Notes: generated by a model not told the origin, from the letters alone. Counted from the stretch's first letter, positions 10,440-23,712 are shown. The stretch is 41,211 bases of DNA from Chiloscyllium plagiosum (GCF_004010195.1 NW_025214291.1:1-41211); one strand, 5' to 3'. Translations and numbers: made by a program.

Positions 10440-13400
10440 GAAGGAGAAATCAAACTCATACTGAGTCAATATGTATTCCTGGGAGTTTGGAGCAATGTGG
10501 GAATTCCGCGCAGAGGGGATGAAATGCTTTTTCGCTTGCTTTTTGGCTAATAAGTTTGTAATGTCTTTTTTATGGAATAACTTGAAGTTCAGGACTGGGG
10601 GGCCCAGCAGAAGAGTAAGAGTGACATCACAGGAAAACCATAAATTCATTCGTTGGTAATAGCTGCTAATTGGATGAATCTATTATAGGTTACTTTTAGA
10701 TTGGAGGTAAATAGGAGAAATATTTTACAGATGGTAATAGAAAATGAAAAGGTGAAGGACGAGGTAGGATTGCAGATTAGTGATGGAGCTGATTGTTACC
10801 AGGAAATACAAGGATAGGACAAAACGTCAAATTGTACCAAGTAAGTATAAAAGTATAAGGAAATTCAATAATAGAAAAAACTTAAAGGCTTTGTATCTTA
10901 ATGCTTGAATAGATAGATGAACGGATAGCGTGGGTTACTAGGGGAAGCGAGGGAAGACATCGCTGCGCCTTTGACGATGGTCTTTGCGTCCTCACTGTCC
11001 ACTTGAGTAGCCCCAGATGATTGGAGGGTGGCAAATGTTATTTCCTTGTTTAAGAAATGGAATAGGGATAATCCTTGGAATCATGTCAGTCTTAAGTCAG
11101 TGGTGGGCAAATTATTGGAGAGACAGGATTTATGATTATTTGGGAAAGCATAGTGTCATTAGAGATAGTCAGCATGGCTTTGTGAGGGGCAGGTCATGCC
11201 TCACAAACCTTATTGAATTCTTTGAGGTTGCGACAAAACACATTGATGAAGGTAAAGCAGTGGATGTGGTGGAAATGGATTTTAACAGTGCGTTTGATAA
11301 TATCCCTCATGGTAGGATCATTCAGAAAATAAGGAGGATGGGATACAGGGAAATTTGGCTGTCTGAATACAGACATGGCTGGCCCATTGAAGACAGAGGG
11401 TGGTGGTAGATGGAAAGTATTCAACCCGGAGCTCGGTGACCAGTGGTGTTCCACAGGGATCTGATCTGGAATCTCTGCTGTTTGTGATTTTTACAAATGA
11501 CTTGGATGAGGAACTGGAAGGGGTGGGTAATGATACTAAGATAGGTGGAGTTGTGGATAGTGTGGAGGGCTGTTGTAGGTTGCAATCAGGACATTGATAG
11601 GATGCAGAGCTGGGCTGAGAAGTGGAAGATGAAGTTCAACCTGGAAAAATGTGAACTGCTTTGTTTTGGAAGGTCAAATTTGAATGCAGATTACAGGTTT
11701 AAAGGCAGGATTCGTGGCAGTGTGGAGGAACAGCGGGATCTTGGGATCTGTGTCCCTAGATCCCTCAAGGATGCCACCCAGGTTGACAGGGTTGTTAAGA
11801 AGCCGTATGATAGGTTGGCTTTCATTAGCAGGGGGATTGAGTTTAAGAGCCATGAGGTTATGCTACAGCTCTATAAAGCCCTGTTTAGACCACACTTGGA
11901 ATATTATGTTCAGTTCTGGTCGCCTCCATTACAGGAGGGATGTGGAAGCTTTAGAGAGGGTATAGAGCAGATTTACCAGGATGCTGCTTGGACTGAAGGG
12001 CATGTCTTATGAAGAAAGCTTGAGGGAGCTAGGGCATTTCTCATTGGTGTGACTTGGTGGAGGTGTACAAGATCATGAGAGGCAGAGTGGAGTGGATAGC
12101 CAAAGACTTTTTCCCAGAGAAATGACTATCACGAGGGGGGCATAATTTTAAGGTGATTGGAGGAAGGTTTAGAGGAGATGTCAGAGATAGGTGCTTTACT
12201 CAGAGAGGATGGGTGTGTGGAATGTATTGTCAGCTGTTGTAGTCGAGTCAGATACATGAGGGACACTTAAGCAACTCTTGGCTCAGCACATGGATGATTG
12301 TAAAATGAATGATATGTTGGTGAGTTTGGTCTTAGAGGAGGATAAAAGGTCAGCACAACATCGAGGGCCTGTACTGTGCTGTACTGTTCTATATCCTATG
12401 TTCTAAGTCAAGGTAATGAATACGATCTCATAGTCATTTCAGTTCAACGGGATCAAAACTGGGAATTTAACTGGGCTTTCCAGAGAGACAGGAAGGAAGG
12501 AAAAGGTGGTGGGGAAACACTGTGACAAAGAGTGAAATGAGGACAGTTATGAGAGATGATCCAGGCTCTAATGATTTGCAGTCCACCTGTACAAATGTAA
12601 AACGCAGCAAGGGAAAAAAGACATTGATCAGAGTTGTACATCGATCCCTAACAGTAGGCATTCCGTAGGAAAGGTGATAAAATAAACAAGTTATAGGAAC
12701 ATGTAAAAATATGGGTGACTTTAATCCTCATGTTGATTGGATTAATCTAATTGCAAAGAGTAGCTACAATAAATTCATAGAGTGCATTCTGAGAGGAATG
12801 TATTATGGAGTTGACCAGAGAGTAGGTAATCCATGATCTGATAATGGGTAATGAAGCAGGTTTAATAAATAATCTCAGAGTAAAAGATCCCCTAGGAAGT
12901 AGCTAGTTAAAATGTTAGAATTTAATATTCAGTTTGAGAGTGAGAAACTTGGATTGAAAGCATCTGTGAATAACTTAAATAAAGGGAACTACAATGAAAT
13001 GAGTCGAGAGTTATCTGAAGTGGACCGAGTGGGAAGATTAGCAGGAATGACAGTAAGCAAGCTGTAGCAAACGTTTAAGGCGGTAAGTCATGACTCTCAG
13101 CAGGAAGATATCCTTGAAGGAGGAACTGTTTTAAGAGAAGGATAAACTGACCATGGCTAACCACGGAAGTTAAGGAGCATATTAAATTGAAAGAGAAAGC
13201 AATATAAGAAAGCAAAGGTGAGTGATAGCCCCAAAGACTGGGATACATTCAGAATCCAACAAAGGAGAACTAAAAAGATAATAAAAAGAAAGAAATTAAA
13301 CTATGAGGGCAAACTGATGAGGAATTTAAAAATTGACAGTAAGAGCTTCTTTAAATATATAAAAAGAGAGAGGTCAATGTGAACATATTCTCCTTAGAAA

Positions 13401-14940
13401 ATGAATCTGGAGAGACAGATTAGAAATGGCAGAGAAGTTACACAGATATTTTGCATTAGTCTTTACTGTGCAAGACACTTGGAACATCCCATTAATACTA
13501 AAGACTACAGGGGAGGGATTAAGAATCATAACCAGCACCAGGGAAGCAGAATGAGACAAACTAATTGAGCTACAGGCAGTTAAGTCCCTGCTCCTGATGG
13601 CATGAGTCCAAGTATCTAAAAAGAAATGCTATGGAAACAGTAGACGCAGCAGTTGTAATTTTCCAAAATTCCCTGGATTCTGGAGAATTACCAGAGGTCT
13701 GGAAAACTGCCAATATGCCACCCGTTTGCAAGAAGGGAGGGAGGCAAAAAGTGGGTAACTGGAGGCCGATTAGCTGAACATCTATTGTTGGAAAAATGTG
13801 GGAATCAATTATTAAGGATGAAAGAGCAGAATGTTTGGAAAATCATATTCTAATGAAGCAGAACCAGCTCGGTGCCATGAAAGGGGACTCACTTCTGACT
13901 AATTTGTTCGAGTTTGTCGAGGAAGTCTGAAGCAGAGTGGATAGGTGGGAACCAGTAGGTGTTCTGTATTTGGATTTCCAGAAGATATTCGACAAGACAC
14001 CTCACAAAAGGCTAAGTCATAAGATAAGAGCCCACGGTGTGGGAGAGAGCATATTGACATGGATGAGAATTGGCTAATAAGCAGGAATCAGCGAGTGGGG
14101 ATAAGGGGTTAGTTTTCAGGTTGGTGATCTGTGACCAGTGAGACGGCAACTGTTTACAATACATATTAATGACTTGAAGGAGGAAAGCAAATGTATGCAC
14201 GCCAAATTTGCTGCTGAGCAAACATAGCTGGAAAGGCAGGTTGCAAAAAGGATACAGAGAGATCGTGGTAAGTGGGAAAATGGAGTAAAATATGGAAAAC
14301 GGTGAAGTTGTTCATTTTAGAAGGGAGAACAGAAGAACGGATTATTATTTAAACGGAAAGAAACTGCAGTGAGCTGCAACACAAAGGGAATTGGGGGTTA
14401 CTTGTGCACGGAACAGGGGAAGCTGGCATGCAGGTGCAGCAGGGAATCAGGAAGGCCCTGGTTGTTTGGAGAGTTTGGAATATACGAGGAGAGAAATCTT
14501 CCTTCAACAGCACAAGGTCACATCTGCAGAACTGTGAGCAGTTTTGGCCCCCTTATTTAAGAAAATGTTTAATTTGACTGAACGGGTTCAGTTGGATGAT
14601 CTCTGCTATGGGCAATTCTCTTTTGAGCAAAAGCTAAAATGATTGGGACTCTACTCACTGGAGTTTTGAAGAATGAAAGGTGATCTCATCGAAATGTCTA
14701 GGATTCTTCAGGGCTTTAGCAGGGTAAATGCTGGGAGGATGTTTCCCTTCATGGGAGAGTCGAGGACCAGAGGGAATGGTCTCAGAATAAAGAGGCACTG
14801 ATTTAAGACGGATATGAGGAGGAATTTCTGCTCTCAGAGGAGCACGAGTCTTTGGAACTCTTTGCCACAGAGGGATGGATGCTGTATGTTTCCCTCTTGT
14901 GGGAGAATCTAGAATCGGGGTTGATTTCAACATAACGAGT
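10440..14940 (+). mobile_element. Old, heavily degraded CR1 LINE (EN start to 3' end) hosting a younger nested CR1
   Basis: LKALYLNA endonuclease start at ~10880, resumes NEYDLI at ~12416, MGDFN at ~12711, RT-region remnants to ~14900. Confidence 0.75.
10931..12406 (+). mobile_element. 5'-truncated CR1 LINE nested in an older CR1
   Basis: QHGFVRGRSCLTNLIEFFE, VTSGVPQGSDL, EEQRDLG, RPHLEYYVQFWSP; tail GTTCTATATCCTATGTTCTA. Confidence 0.9.
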
Positions 14941-15065
14941 ATTGAATTTAGGTTGGAGATGGGGAGGGATTTCTTCTCTCAAGATGTGGTTAATGTTTGA
15001 AATCCTTATCGACAGAGAACAACAGAGACTGGGTCATTAAATTATAGCCAAAGCAGAGTAGGGTC

Positions 15066-17711
15066 ATAAAGAACAAAGGACATTACAGCACAAGAACAGG
15101 CCGTTCGGCCCTCCAAGCCTGTGCCGATCCAGATCCTCGATCTAAACCTGTAACCGATTTTCTAAGGGTCTGTACCCTTCTGCTCCCTGCCCATTCGTGT
15201 GTCTGTCTAGATACATCTTAAATGACGCAATCGTGCCCACTTCTACCACCTCCGCTGGCAACGCATTCCAGGAGCCCACCAATCTCTGCATAAAGAACTT
15301 TCCACGCATATCTCCCCTAAACTTTACCCCTCTCACCTTGAACTCGTGACCCCTAGTAATTGAGTCCCCCCACTCTGGGAAAAAGCTTCTTGCTATCCAA
15401 CCTGTCTATACCACTTATGATTTTGTAGACCTTGATCAGGTCCCCCCTCAACCTCCTTTCTAATGAAAATAACCCTAATCCACTCAACCTCTCCTCATAG
15501 CTAGCACCCTCCATACCAGGCAACATCGTGGTGACCCTCCTCTGCACCCTCTCCAAAGTATCCACATCCTTTTGGTAATGTGGTGACCAGAACTGTATTC
15601 ATAGACTATTGAACATTACAGCACAGTACAGGCCCTTCGGCCCTCGATGTTGTGCCAACCTGTGGAACCAATCTGAAGCCCATCTAACCTACACTATTCC
15701 ATTTTTGTCCATACATCTATCCAATGACCATTTAAATGCCCTTAAAATTGGTGAGTCTACTCCTGTTATAAAACTCTTACTGTTTTTCCAAATGTGGCTG
15801 AACCAAAGTCCTATACAACTGTAACATGACCTGCCAACTCTTGTACTCAATACCCCGTCCGATGAAGAAAGCATGCCGTATGCCTTCTTGCCCACTCTAT
15901 TGACCTGCGTTGCCACCTTCAGGGTACAATGGACCTGAACACCCAGATCTCTCTGTACATCAATTCTCCCCAGGGCTTTTCTATTTACCATATAGTTCGC
16001 TCTGGAATTGGATCTTCCAAAATGCATCACCTCACATTTGCCCGGATTGACCTCCATCTGCCATTTCTCTGCCCAACTCTCCAATCTGTCTATATTCTGC
16101 TGTATTCTCTGACAGTCCTCTTCACTATCTGCTACTCCAGCATCTGCAAACTTGCTAATCACACCACCTAAACCTTCCTCCAGATCATTTCTGTATATCA
16201 CAAACAACAAGGGGTCCCAGCACAGATCCCTGTGGAACACCACTGGTCACAGGTCTCCATTTTGAGAAACTCCCTTCCACTACTCCTCTCTATCTCCCTT
16301 TTCCCAGCCAGTTCTTTATCCATCCAGCTAGTACACCCTAGACCCCATGCGACTTCATTTTCTCCATCGGTCTTCTAAGGGGAGCCTTATCAAACACCTT
16401 ACTGAAGTTCATGTCAATAACATCCATAGCCTTTCCCTCATCAATCAACTTTGTCACTTAAAGTCATAGTCATAGAGATGTACAGCATGAAAACAGACCC
16501 TTCTGTCCAACCCGTCCATGCCGACCAGATATCCCAACCCAATCTAGTCCCACCTGCCAGCACCCAGCCCATATCCCTCCAAACCCTTCCTATTCATATA
16601 CCTACCCAAATGCCTCTTAAATGTTGCAATTGTACCAGCCTCCACCACTTCCTCTGGCAGCTTATTCCATACACGTACCACCCTCTGTGTGAAAAAGTTA
16701 CCCCTTAGGTCTCTTTTCTATCTTTCCCCTCTCACCCTAAACCTATGCCCTCTACTTCTGGACTCCCCGACCGTGGGGAAAAGACTTTGTCTATTTACCC
16801 TATCCTCTTCACAGAATTCTATTAAGTTGGTAAGACGTGACCTTCCCTGCACAAAACAATGTTGCCTATCACTGATAAACTCATTGTCTTCATATTGTGA
16901 ATAGATCCTATCTCTCAGTATCTTCTCCAGCAGCTTCCCTACCACTGATGTCAACCTCACCGGTCTATATATATTTACCTGGATTATTCCTGCTACCCTT
17001 CTTAAACAATATTAACAATTCTCCAGTCCCCTAGGATCTCACCCGCGTCCAAGGATGCTGCAAAAATATCTGTTAAGGTCCCAGCTATTTTCTCTCTCGC
17101 TTCCCTCGGGAACCTGGGATAGATCCCATCTGGACCTGGGGACTTGTCCACCTTAATGCCTTTTAGAATACCCAACACCTCCTCCCTCCTAATGCTGACA
17201 TGCCCTAGAGTAATCAAACATCTATCCCTAACCTCAACATCCGCCATGTCCCTCTCCTCAGTGTATACTGATGTGAAATACTCATTAAGAATCTCACCCA
17301 TTTTCTCTGACTCCACGCATAACTTTCCTCCTTTGTCCTTGAGTGGGCCAACTCTTTCTCTAGTTACCCTCTTGCTGCTTATATATGAATAAAAGGCTTT
17401 GGGGTTTTCCTTAACTCTGTTTGCTAAAGATATTTCATTACCCTATTTAGCCCTCTCAATTCCTTGTTTCAGATTGGTCCTACATTCCCAATATTCTTCC
17501 AAAGCTTTGTCTGTCTTCAGTCGCCCAGACCTTATGTACACATCCTTTTACCTCTTAGCTAGTCTCACAATTCCACAGTTATCCATGATTCCCTAACCTT
17601 GCCATTTCTATCCCTCATTTTCACAGGAACATATCTCTCCTGAACTCTGATCAACCTCTCTTTAAAAGCCTCCCACATATCGAATGTGGATTTCCCTTCA
17701 AACAGCTGCTC
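15066..17711 (-). mobile_element. CR1 LINE ORF2 (runs into gap) with two nested CR1 3'-end insertions (~15600-15780 and ~16462-16800)
   Basis: ORFs 17002-17316 (KSPGPDGIYPR), 16718-16960, 15689-16243 (SKFADA...KCEVMHFGRSN), 15142-15565; same subfamily as 33890-37075. Confidence 0.9.
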
Positions 17712-18211
17712 NNNNNNNNNNNNNNNNNNNNNNNNNNNNNNNNNNNNNNNNNNNNNNNNNNNNNNNNNNNNNNNNNNNNNNNNNNNNNNNNNNNNNNNNN
17801 NNNNNNNNNNNNNNNNNNNNNNNNNNNNNNNNNNNNNNNNNNNNNNNNNNNNNNNNNNNNNNNNNNNNNNNNNNNNNNNNNNNNNNNNNNNNNNNNNNNN
17901 NNNNNNNNNNNNNNNNNNNNNNNNNNNNNNNNNNNNNNNNNNNNNNNNNNNNNNNNNNNNNNNNNNNNNNNNNNNNNNNNNNNNNNNNNNNNNNNNNNNN
18001 NNNNNNNNNNNNNNNNNNNNNNNNNNNNNNNNNNNNNNNNNNNNNNNNNNNNNNNNNNNNNNNNNNNNNNNNNNNNNNNNNNNNNNNNNNNNNNNNNNNN
18101 NNNNNNNNNNNNNNNNNNNNNNNNNNNNNNNNNNNNNNNNNNNNNNNNNNNNNNNNNNNNNNNNNNNNNNNNNNNNNNNNNNNNNNNNNNNNNNNNNNNN
18201 NNNNNNNNNNN
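17712..18211. other. Assembly gap (500 N; true size probably unknown)
   Basis: Round-number N run; the CR1 on its left does not resume on its right. Confidence 1.
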
Positions 18212-18373
18212 CTGCGTTGTTATGGGCCAGAGATAGAGTTACTACAACGCAACAGCATGAGAATGTAGATGCCACAGGTTTTAAGGCACACTGGTGGAAA
18301 GCAGTGGCACCTTCTCTCAGTTGGCACACCTGTACATGTAAGAATCTAGCACATTTGACACCGGGAAACCAAT

Positions 18374-18793
18374 TGTGGGAGAATTTGACCAAAATTGAAA
18401 CAAACCTGTGTGGAAGCCATTTTTGTCCCTAGCCAGCTTTCCTTTTTTATTTATTCCTCAGCCTTAGTGTCCTCACACTGTTTCTCCTGTTCCCTTTTTT
18501 TTGTCATCTACCCATTCACACTCAGCTTTTAACATCTCTCAGCTTTTGAGAGCTCCATCTGCTGTACAAATCTCTGTCCCCCCCATCACATGCATTGTTC
18601 CTTCAACTGGCCAGTAAGATATCTTTCCAATTAGTATCGGCTTTATCCTTCCATTCTTTAATGAATAATTAATCAATGCAGCCATGCTTCAAATATATAA
18701 TTTAGTTAAATATTGTAAAACTGAAAGCACGAAGATAGATCCAAAAATGGCTTCCACACACTTGTGAGTCAATTTTGGTCAAATTCTCCCACA
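18374..18793. mobile_element. Non-autonomous TIR element (MITE-like)
   Basis: 52-bp inverted repeats 18374-18425 and 18742-18793 (TGTGGGAGAATTTGACCAAAATTGA...TGTGTGGAAGCCATTTTTG). Confidence 0.6.
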
Positions 18794-19852
18794 CTAAGAT
18801 TGTTAGATTTCATTTGTGTGCAGTGAAAGGGTAGATTTGGTACTAGCGGTCTGGACTGAGTTGATTCATGAGCAATGGCACAGTGGAATGGTTGGTACAG
18901 TTTCTGAGCTTTGGAAAGGTCTAGGTTAAATGGTTTAGTATCTGTGCTCTGGGATTGTTGAAGATGCATCATTAGTTCAAGGTGGTTTGGTATCTCAGTT
19001 CTGGTAAGTTGGTTGTCTTGTTAATGGGGTCAGTCAGTAAGTGCGCTACGTAACAACAGAACAAAAAATAGGTAGAGATCTCATATACGAGTAATACCGG
19101 ATAAGTCAGATCCCAGAATGAAACCTGTCATCATTGATCATGTGTTTAAATTGGTTGCCATGGTGGTTAGTTACTGAAATTTAACTAGACAAGGCTGAAG
19201 ATGGTCCTGAACAAATGAATTGTACAAAAAATACAAGCCTATATATAAAAAGCAGCAGTTAGAAAAATCCTAATGCAAACATCATAACAAGGTTTCAATG
19301 TCTTTTGCAACATTATCCTTTTGTTCCTATCTCAACTCTTCAAGTTCTTACCAAATTGATTCCTCCCTGTTTCTTGGTCTTGGTCTGTGGAAACAATTTT
19401 ATGATTTGCTCTGAGTCCTCTACCCTTCACAATCCCTGATGCCTTTAAACTTTTTCAGTCCTTGATGATTTCTATCTGAACTCTCCTGTTTGGAAGCTGC
19501 ATCATCTATAGCACTTTGGCCACAGCGAGTCGCACACCTGAGCGAAAACCTCGATTCTCTGACTGGGAGAAACTTGCTCTCCCTTCGGAACTAAACACAG
19601 AAACTAAACTAATGGCGTTTCATCTGTCGTAAACTCAGCAATATAAATATTCCATCCATTAACACTGTAGGTTCTGCCAGGCATCATGTGCTCTGGGGAT
19701 TAGTGCAACTAGGTCACTATTCCAAAAAAAAAAGCCTGTTTGAAGAAAAAAACTTTCACAAAACTGCCCCTCCGCTAACTGCCTTTGTTTTAAAATCCAA
19801 AATATAATAAATAGTGTGCACCATTCATCATATTTTAAACTAAAAATATCAC

Positions 19853-20425
19853 TCATGGGATGTGGATGCCATTAGCTGTAGCAATATGTATTGTCCATGA
19901 GAAGATGGTGGTGAACTGCCGTCTGGAACCACTGCAGTCCGTGTGCTGTAGGTTAACCCACAATGGCCTTAGGGAGGGAATTCCAGGACTTTGACCCAGC
20001 AACAGTGAAGAAACACTGATAGATTGCCAAGCCAGGATGGTGAGTGGCTTGAAAGGGAACCTGAGGTTGGTGGTTAGATTAGATTAGATTGCCTACAGTG
20101 TGGAAACAGGCCCTTCGGCCCAACCAGGCCACACCGACCCTCTGAAGAGTAACCCACCCAGACCCATTTCTCTCTGACTAATGCACCTACCACTATGGGT
20201 AATTTAGCGTGGCCAATTCACCTGACCTGCACATCTTTGGACTGTGGGAGGAAACCGGAGCACCCGGAGGGAACCCACACAGACATGGGGAGAATGTGCA
20301 AACTCCACACAGACAGTCGCCCGAGGCTGGAATAGAACCTGGGACCCTGGTGCACTGAGCTACCATGCCGCCCCAGGTGTTCCCAGGTTTCTGCTGCCCT
20401 TGTCCTTGTAGTGGTTGTGGGTTTG
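19853..20425 (-). mobile_element. 3' end of an unclassified LINE, interrupted by an HE1 SINE
   Basis: Similar to the reverse complement of 27005-27280 and to 5415-5520; terminal ~40 bp resembles the tail of the second SINE family. Confidence 0.5.
20075..20374 (-). mobile_element. HE1-type SINE
   Basis: (TAGAT)n tail on + strand, HE1 body, head with internal deletion. Confidence 0.88.
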
Positions 20426-20650
20426 TCTTCAGATAGAGATCAAGGACAAAATCTGAGAGCTTCTCACCAACCCATGTAGCAGGAAGTGCTTCCTTCTCAG
20501 TCACAGCAAATCTCCCAGTTTCTGTCAGTCAGTGGATACAGAGTCTTTGTTTCCTATCCATCAGTGTTTGAGAGAGTGTGGCAACAGCTCAGTAGAAGAT
20601 ACATCTGTAGCAATGATAATGGGCAACTCTGTGTCATAGATAACCAGTGA

Positions 20651-21156
20651 TTTAGGGTGCAGGTTTGCTCACTGAGCTGTAGGTTTGATATCCAGACGTT
20701 TCATTACCTGGCTAGGTAACATCATCAGTGGCTACCTCCAAGTGAAGCGAAGCTGTTGTCTCCTGCTTTCTATTTATATGTTTGTCCTGGATGGGGTTCC
20801 TGGAGTTTCCTGTTCATTTTCTGAGGGGTTGATAGATGGCATCTAGATCTATGTGTTTGTTTATGGCGTTGTGGTTGGAGTGCCAGGCCTTTAGGAATTC
20901 TCTGGCATGTCTTTGCTTAGCCTGTCCCAGGATAGATGTGTTGTCCCAGTTGAAATGGTGGTTTTATTTCATCAGTGTGAAGTCTATGAGGGAGAGGGGG
21001 TGGTGTCTTTTTGTGGCTAGCTGGTGTTCGTGTATCCTGGTGGCTAACTTTCTTCCTGTTTGTCCTACGTAGCGTTTGTGGCAGCCCTTGCATGGGATTT
21101 TGTAGATGACGTTGGTTTTGTCCATGGGTTGTACTGGGCCTTTTAAGTTTGTTAGT
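20651..21156 (-). mobile_element. Penelope-like 3' fragment (GIY-YIG end plus pLTR)
   Basis: Highly similar to 7935-8455. Confidence 0.9.
20687..20736 (-). ncRNA. Minimal hammerhead ribozyme motif (best-formed copy)
   Basis: rc GGTAGCCA-CTGATGA-TGTTACCT-AGCC-AGGTAAT-GAAAC-GTC-TGGATATC. Confidence 0.72.
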
Positions 21157-22204
21157 TCTTGTCATAAGCAGTGATGTCAACATCTCTTTGACTTTCCTGA
21201 AATGTCTTTGTTGTTCTTCCTGCCAGCACCTTGTAGTTTCTTCTAACAGCTGGTGTTATGGCTCATTGACAATAGCTGCCCATCAATCTCTGGAACAGAC
21301 GTGGACCATTCAGCCCATCAAGTCTGCTCCTCGTGTTCCAAAGAGCTGGAAACTGGATGCACCCACCATATGCCAAAGGAAATTTATAGCCCAGTTGTGA
21401 GAAACTACATTTGCTAGTGTGTGTAAGTGGCCAGGTGGGTTTCAGACACTGAATATTATCTGGGTGCCTTTTAAATATGGCGCCCAGATATTGGAGCTCA
21501 GCAGGTTTCAGAACTTTTATCGATAAAAGCTTACCATGCACTTGCAATGAAATCACACAGGAAAACTTAACTTGTCTCCAAAGAAAGTCCTTCCTACATT
21601 TCAGGCCCATCAAGACACTTAGCTTCAGAAGAGAAAGTTCCTCTCAAGTTTTTCTATAATATGTCTTATAACCTTCAGAGTTCTGTCCATGCACTATTTA
21701 TTGATCTTATTAAATGGCTGGAGGGATTTGGAGGGCTGAATAGTTCCCAATTCTTGTATTTTTGTCTCTTGTTTCTGTACTCATCCACACCGGTAGCAAG
21801 CCATGCAGACCGGTGGGCAACACATTTTAGCATCAGAGTTTCTTTTACCTGCATTTGAACTAGCCCATCCCTGATCACTAACCAAATCCCACCCATTATC
21901 GAAAGGATGTGATTGTACTCAGAGTCAGAATGTCACTTCTCTAATATCTGCATCTCAAACTCCATCTCACCAAGCCAGAGCTGAAGAGTTGTAAACACTT
22001 GATTAGATGTAACTGAGTGGAATCACATTTGGTTGCAATTAGCTGGCGTGGGATCTTCTCTTGGATGGTTACAGCTGATCCTTTGCTCACCTGTGCTCAG
22101 GAATAATCGCTTTGGTTGGTTTGATATCTGTGTGATCTGGGAGGATCAAGTGGATTGACTCACATCTGTTGTGTATTGGTTGGACCTTGTTGGTTTGTAT
22201 TTGT

Positions 22205-22330
22205 GGAGAAAGTGAGGACTGCAGATGCTGGAGATCAGAGCTGAAAATGTGTTGCTGGAAAAGCGCAGCAGGTCAGGCAGCATCCAGGGAACAGGAGAAT
22301 CGACGTTTCGGGCATAAGCCCTTCTTCAGG
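22205..22330 (-). mobile_element. Short Penelope-like terminal fragment with hammerhead core
   Basis: rc CCTGAAGA-A-GGGC-TTAT-GCCC-GAAAC-GTC-GATTCTCC... Confidence 0.65.
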
Positions 22331-22479
22331 TGTGTCTGGTGCAGAGCAATGGGTTGGGATCTGTGCTCATCTCTGGCCCTGGCTAACTGAGTTAGTATCT
22401 TTACTCTGGGAGAGTCAGGGCCCAGTGCTCTCCGATTTTCATTGGTTTGATAATTGTGCTCAGGCATTGCCATTTCCGG

Positions 22480-23420
22480 CTTGCATTTTCCTCTCCCCTT
22501 CCAGCATTGTGAAAGGATTATTCCTACTTCAACACCTTGAACAATCTCTCCCAAAACCTATCCCCCCTCTCATGCCAACGCCTTCCCTTTCACTGCTTCT
22601 CTTTCTAGTGCATGGCTCCTTTAAGGGGAAGCATATGGTATCCACCACTCATAACCCAGTTCTCATCTACATTGTGGAGACTAACTGCAGACTAGCCGAC
22701 ATGAGTGATCCTGACCTTCCTCATTGCTGCACTCCCACCTGGATCTCCTTATTCTCAGCTTCCCATATTCGGCTGAACACCCTGCAGGGTGATAACCTGA
22801 ACCCCACCCCCACCCAGAGTCAAAGCCAGTGGATTAAAGTCCAGCTTTGACCAGTTGGTGGTGCCACTGAGTACGTACCTTCCAGCCACTCCTACAATCA
22901 AGTGAGCTCCTCTGGATTGAGTCTGTAAGCTCAAAAGAAAGATGTGGAGATACTGGGCAAGTCTGTGTCTACAGATCCGCCGAGGCTAGACAAAAGAAAA
23001 AGACAAATGGAGGGGACCCATCACAGAGAGACGATCAATACAGGAAGGGTGGTTTATGGATTATAAACCCAATTTGACTGGTATTAGATGAGGAAACTCT
23101 GGCTTACTGCCTATAGTGGGAAGGATCAGGTTATTGGTCAGTCAGCGAGTGCCTTCAGCTGGACAAATGCAGCAAACAAGGTACTGACCTGACAAGGCCT
23201 GCTGTCCTCTATGGGAGCATGAGACTTACCTGTCCCTTTTCTGCCCCCTTTTGCCTTACACCATCTCCTGCCTTCTCACCACCTATTTCCTCCCTCTTTC
23301 TACATTACCTCTTTTCTTGCTTCTGAACTTGCTTAAAACCTGCCCGGATTTTGACTGTCCCTTTTGAGTATTTTCAGCATTTTCTCCTTAGATTTCCAAT
23401 GTCTGTTGGGTTTGCATTCT
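22480..23420 (+). mobile_element. Very old Penelope-like remnant (GIY-YIG trace plus decayed pLTR) with a possible RTE scrap at ~23100-23230
   Basis: LIYIVETNCRLAD...DPDLP resembles LYIGETKRRLGD...DLPVA; 23350-23420 resembles the pLTR end of the short elements. Confidence 0.4.
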
Positions 23421-23463
23421 CATAAAATTTAACATATATAGAAGGGACTGACAGAATAAATGA

Positions 23464-23712
<249 letters not shown>

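Noticed and set aside
17565..18432. ORFs of 194-275 aa
   Set aside because: They span the 500-N gap and join unrelated sequence
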